From NCBI GenBank assembly GCA_002269645.1, contig NIVC01001426.1, forward strand, positions 227,094-291,093: DNA of 64,000 nt. The letters run 5' to 3'. This DNA comes from Macrostomum lignano (taxonomy: Eukaryota). This document shows, one piece after another, positions 62,300 to 64,000 of this stretch (its first letter is position 1; each line of letters opens with the position of its first letter). Below the pieces are notes generated by a model. It did no database searches. It saw only the letters and a list, made by a program, of their open reading frames with translations, and was not told the DNA's origin. The translations under genes were made by a program, and so were the position numbers.

Positions 62300-64000
62300 T
62301 GAGTGCAACTTGTTTGTGCTTGAGAACCAAAAACTGGTGGAGGATTTGACAACGGTACAGGTCAAAGGCAACCTAGAGGTACCAGAGACCAGAGCGATTC
62401 AGGGGCTCAAGCGAACAGCTCCGTCGTGATAAAAAAGGCGGACAAAGGTAACGCAGTGGTCATCATGCACCCTAGGGATTACGAATTTGCAGCCTACAAC
62501 CAATTGCTTGACACTAATGCCTATCAACAGCTGGACTAGCCACTGCAACCGCGAGACTGCGGAAATGATTAGGGGGATCTTCCTCGATTTATGTAACAGA
62601 AAGTTCATAACTAAGAAACAGTTTTCTTTTCTTTGCCTTGGAGAGAACTTCTGTCCCCGGCATTTCTACCTGCTCCCAAAAAATCACAAGGACCCGGCCA
62701 CCTCGCTGATCCACTTCCGGGTCCCAGCAGACAGACCTATTGTTAGCCCAAGCGCAACCCACTTTCGTTAAGGACTCCTATGACTTCAAAGCACACCTTA
62801 TGGATAAAAGCTGCACGGAAGGTCCTTGCTCTGGCAACTTTTGATGTCCAGAGTCTGTACTTCATGATCCCCACAGACCACGTCGTTGCAGCGATCCAGG
62901 AATTCTTTAATCGACTCCCAGATCCCATTGGACCGGATGCTGAGATAATAAAGCTACTGGAACTGTGTTTATACAGGAATGACTTTGAATTCGACAAAAT
63001 GATTTTTTACAACTTAGAGGCACAGTCTCGGGGCGCATAATTGCGCCCAGCTATGCATGTCTCTTCATGAGCCTCTGGGAGGAAACTGCCCTGAGAACTG
63101 CTCTTTATAAGCCGAGCATCTATTCTAGGTACATAGATGATCTTTATTCACTGGGACCACCTGACTGAAGCTCTGACAGAATTTGTTCGACACCTGAATC
63201 CCATCAACCCCAACATTAAACTCACAGTCAGCTCCTCATCGACTGAGGCCAGTTTCCTTGACATGACCATCAAGAAAGCTGAAAACCGCTTCACAACACA
63301 ACTGTTTTTCGAAAGAAACAGACACTCACAGATTGTTGCACCGACAGCCCTTCCATCCGTCACACACCTTCAAGGGGGTAGTAAAATCCCAAGTCCTTCG
63401 GTACGCCCGTATCTGTGATGACTACAAGTCTTTCAACGATGCTTTCAATTCTTTAAAATCGGAACTCAAGCAATTAGGCTACTCGAAGATTTTTCTTAGA
63501 AACTGCAAAAAGGAGGTCCTCAAACTCATGAACTGGACTGCAGGACCAATGACCAATCTGGGTCTGCTTCCCAAAGGGTTCCATCCCTGTGGGTCATCCC
63601 GCTGCAAATGCTGCACCCACTCACTGCATGCTCTCTCCGCCCAGGGACTGGGACCGGCTTCCGGTTTTTTAATCTCCCAGAGCCTGTCCTGTGGCTCCAA
63701 GAACATCATCTATGGCATCTCCAGTAACCAGTGCCACCCTGGGAAAATCCTCTATGTAGGTATGACTAGAAGAACAATGAGAGATAGAATGAACCAGCAC
63801 AGGTCAAATATTAACAGGAGAGTCTTTACTTCGGGGTCAGAGCACTTTCTCACCCCAATCACTCGATTTCAAACTTTGTCACTATTGCCATTGAACAGGT
63901 TCTTAATAACAACAAAATCGAACTAAGGGTAGAAATCTGGATTGAAAAAACTGGGGACTGACAAACCGCCGGGTACGAACATCAGGGTTGACAATCAGAT
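62300..64000 (+). mobile_element. Degraded Penelope-like element (RT + GIY-YIG), runs to the window end
   Basis: ADKGNAVVIM; FYLLPK.HK; RPIVS; TFDVQSLY; YIDD; NPNIKLT..EASFLDM; FHPSHTFKGVVKSQVLRYARIC; SKNIIYGI..C...YVGMT...RMNQH, spread over several frames. Confidence 0.9.

Overview
Repeat-rich eukaryotic DNA, probably from an invertebrate animal (spliceosomal introns, F-type lectin genes, Helitron, BEL/Pao, Ty3/Gypsy, Penelope, Polinton and SINE sequences; the taxon cannot be fixed from sequence). The left half is a minus-strand Helitron cluster with head-to-tail CTAG|TC junctions. It includes a ~20.1 kb element (10646-30777) that appears to carry three spliced genes: a 9-exon OTU-protease/Rep/Pif1-helicase gene with one nonsense codon and one frameshift, a 3-exon RPA70-like OB-fold gene, and a 2-exon ORF missed by the six-frame track that encodes a 103-aa RGG + CCHC zinc-knuckle + polyQ protein, divergent from RPA. 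That third gene is the best novelty candidate. The right half holds a decayed Polinton integrase-chromodomain/penton block, a small family of secreted F-type-lectin (FTP) + PAN-like genes (two near-complete, one truncated) with Cys in place of the fucose-binding His, several MITEs, SINEs and minisatellites, two Penelope-like elements with hammerhead-ribozyme motifs next to (TC)n tracts, a Gypsy remnant, and an intact young BEL/Pao element. Exon structures were assembled by eye and checked for splice phase; none is transcript-confirmed.
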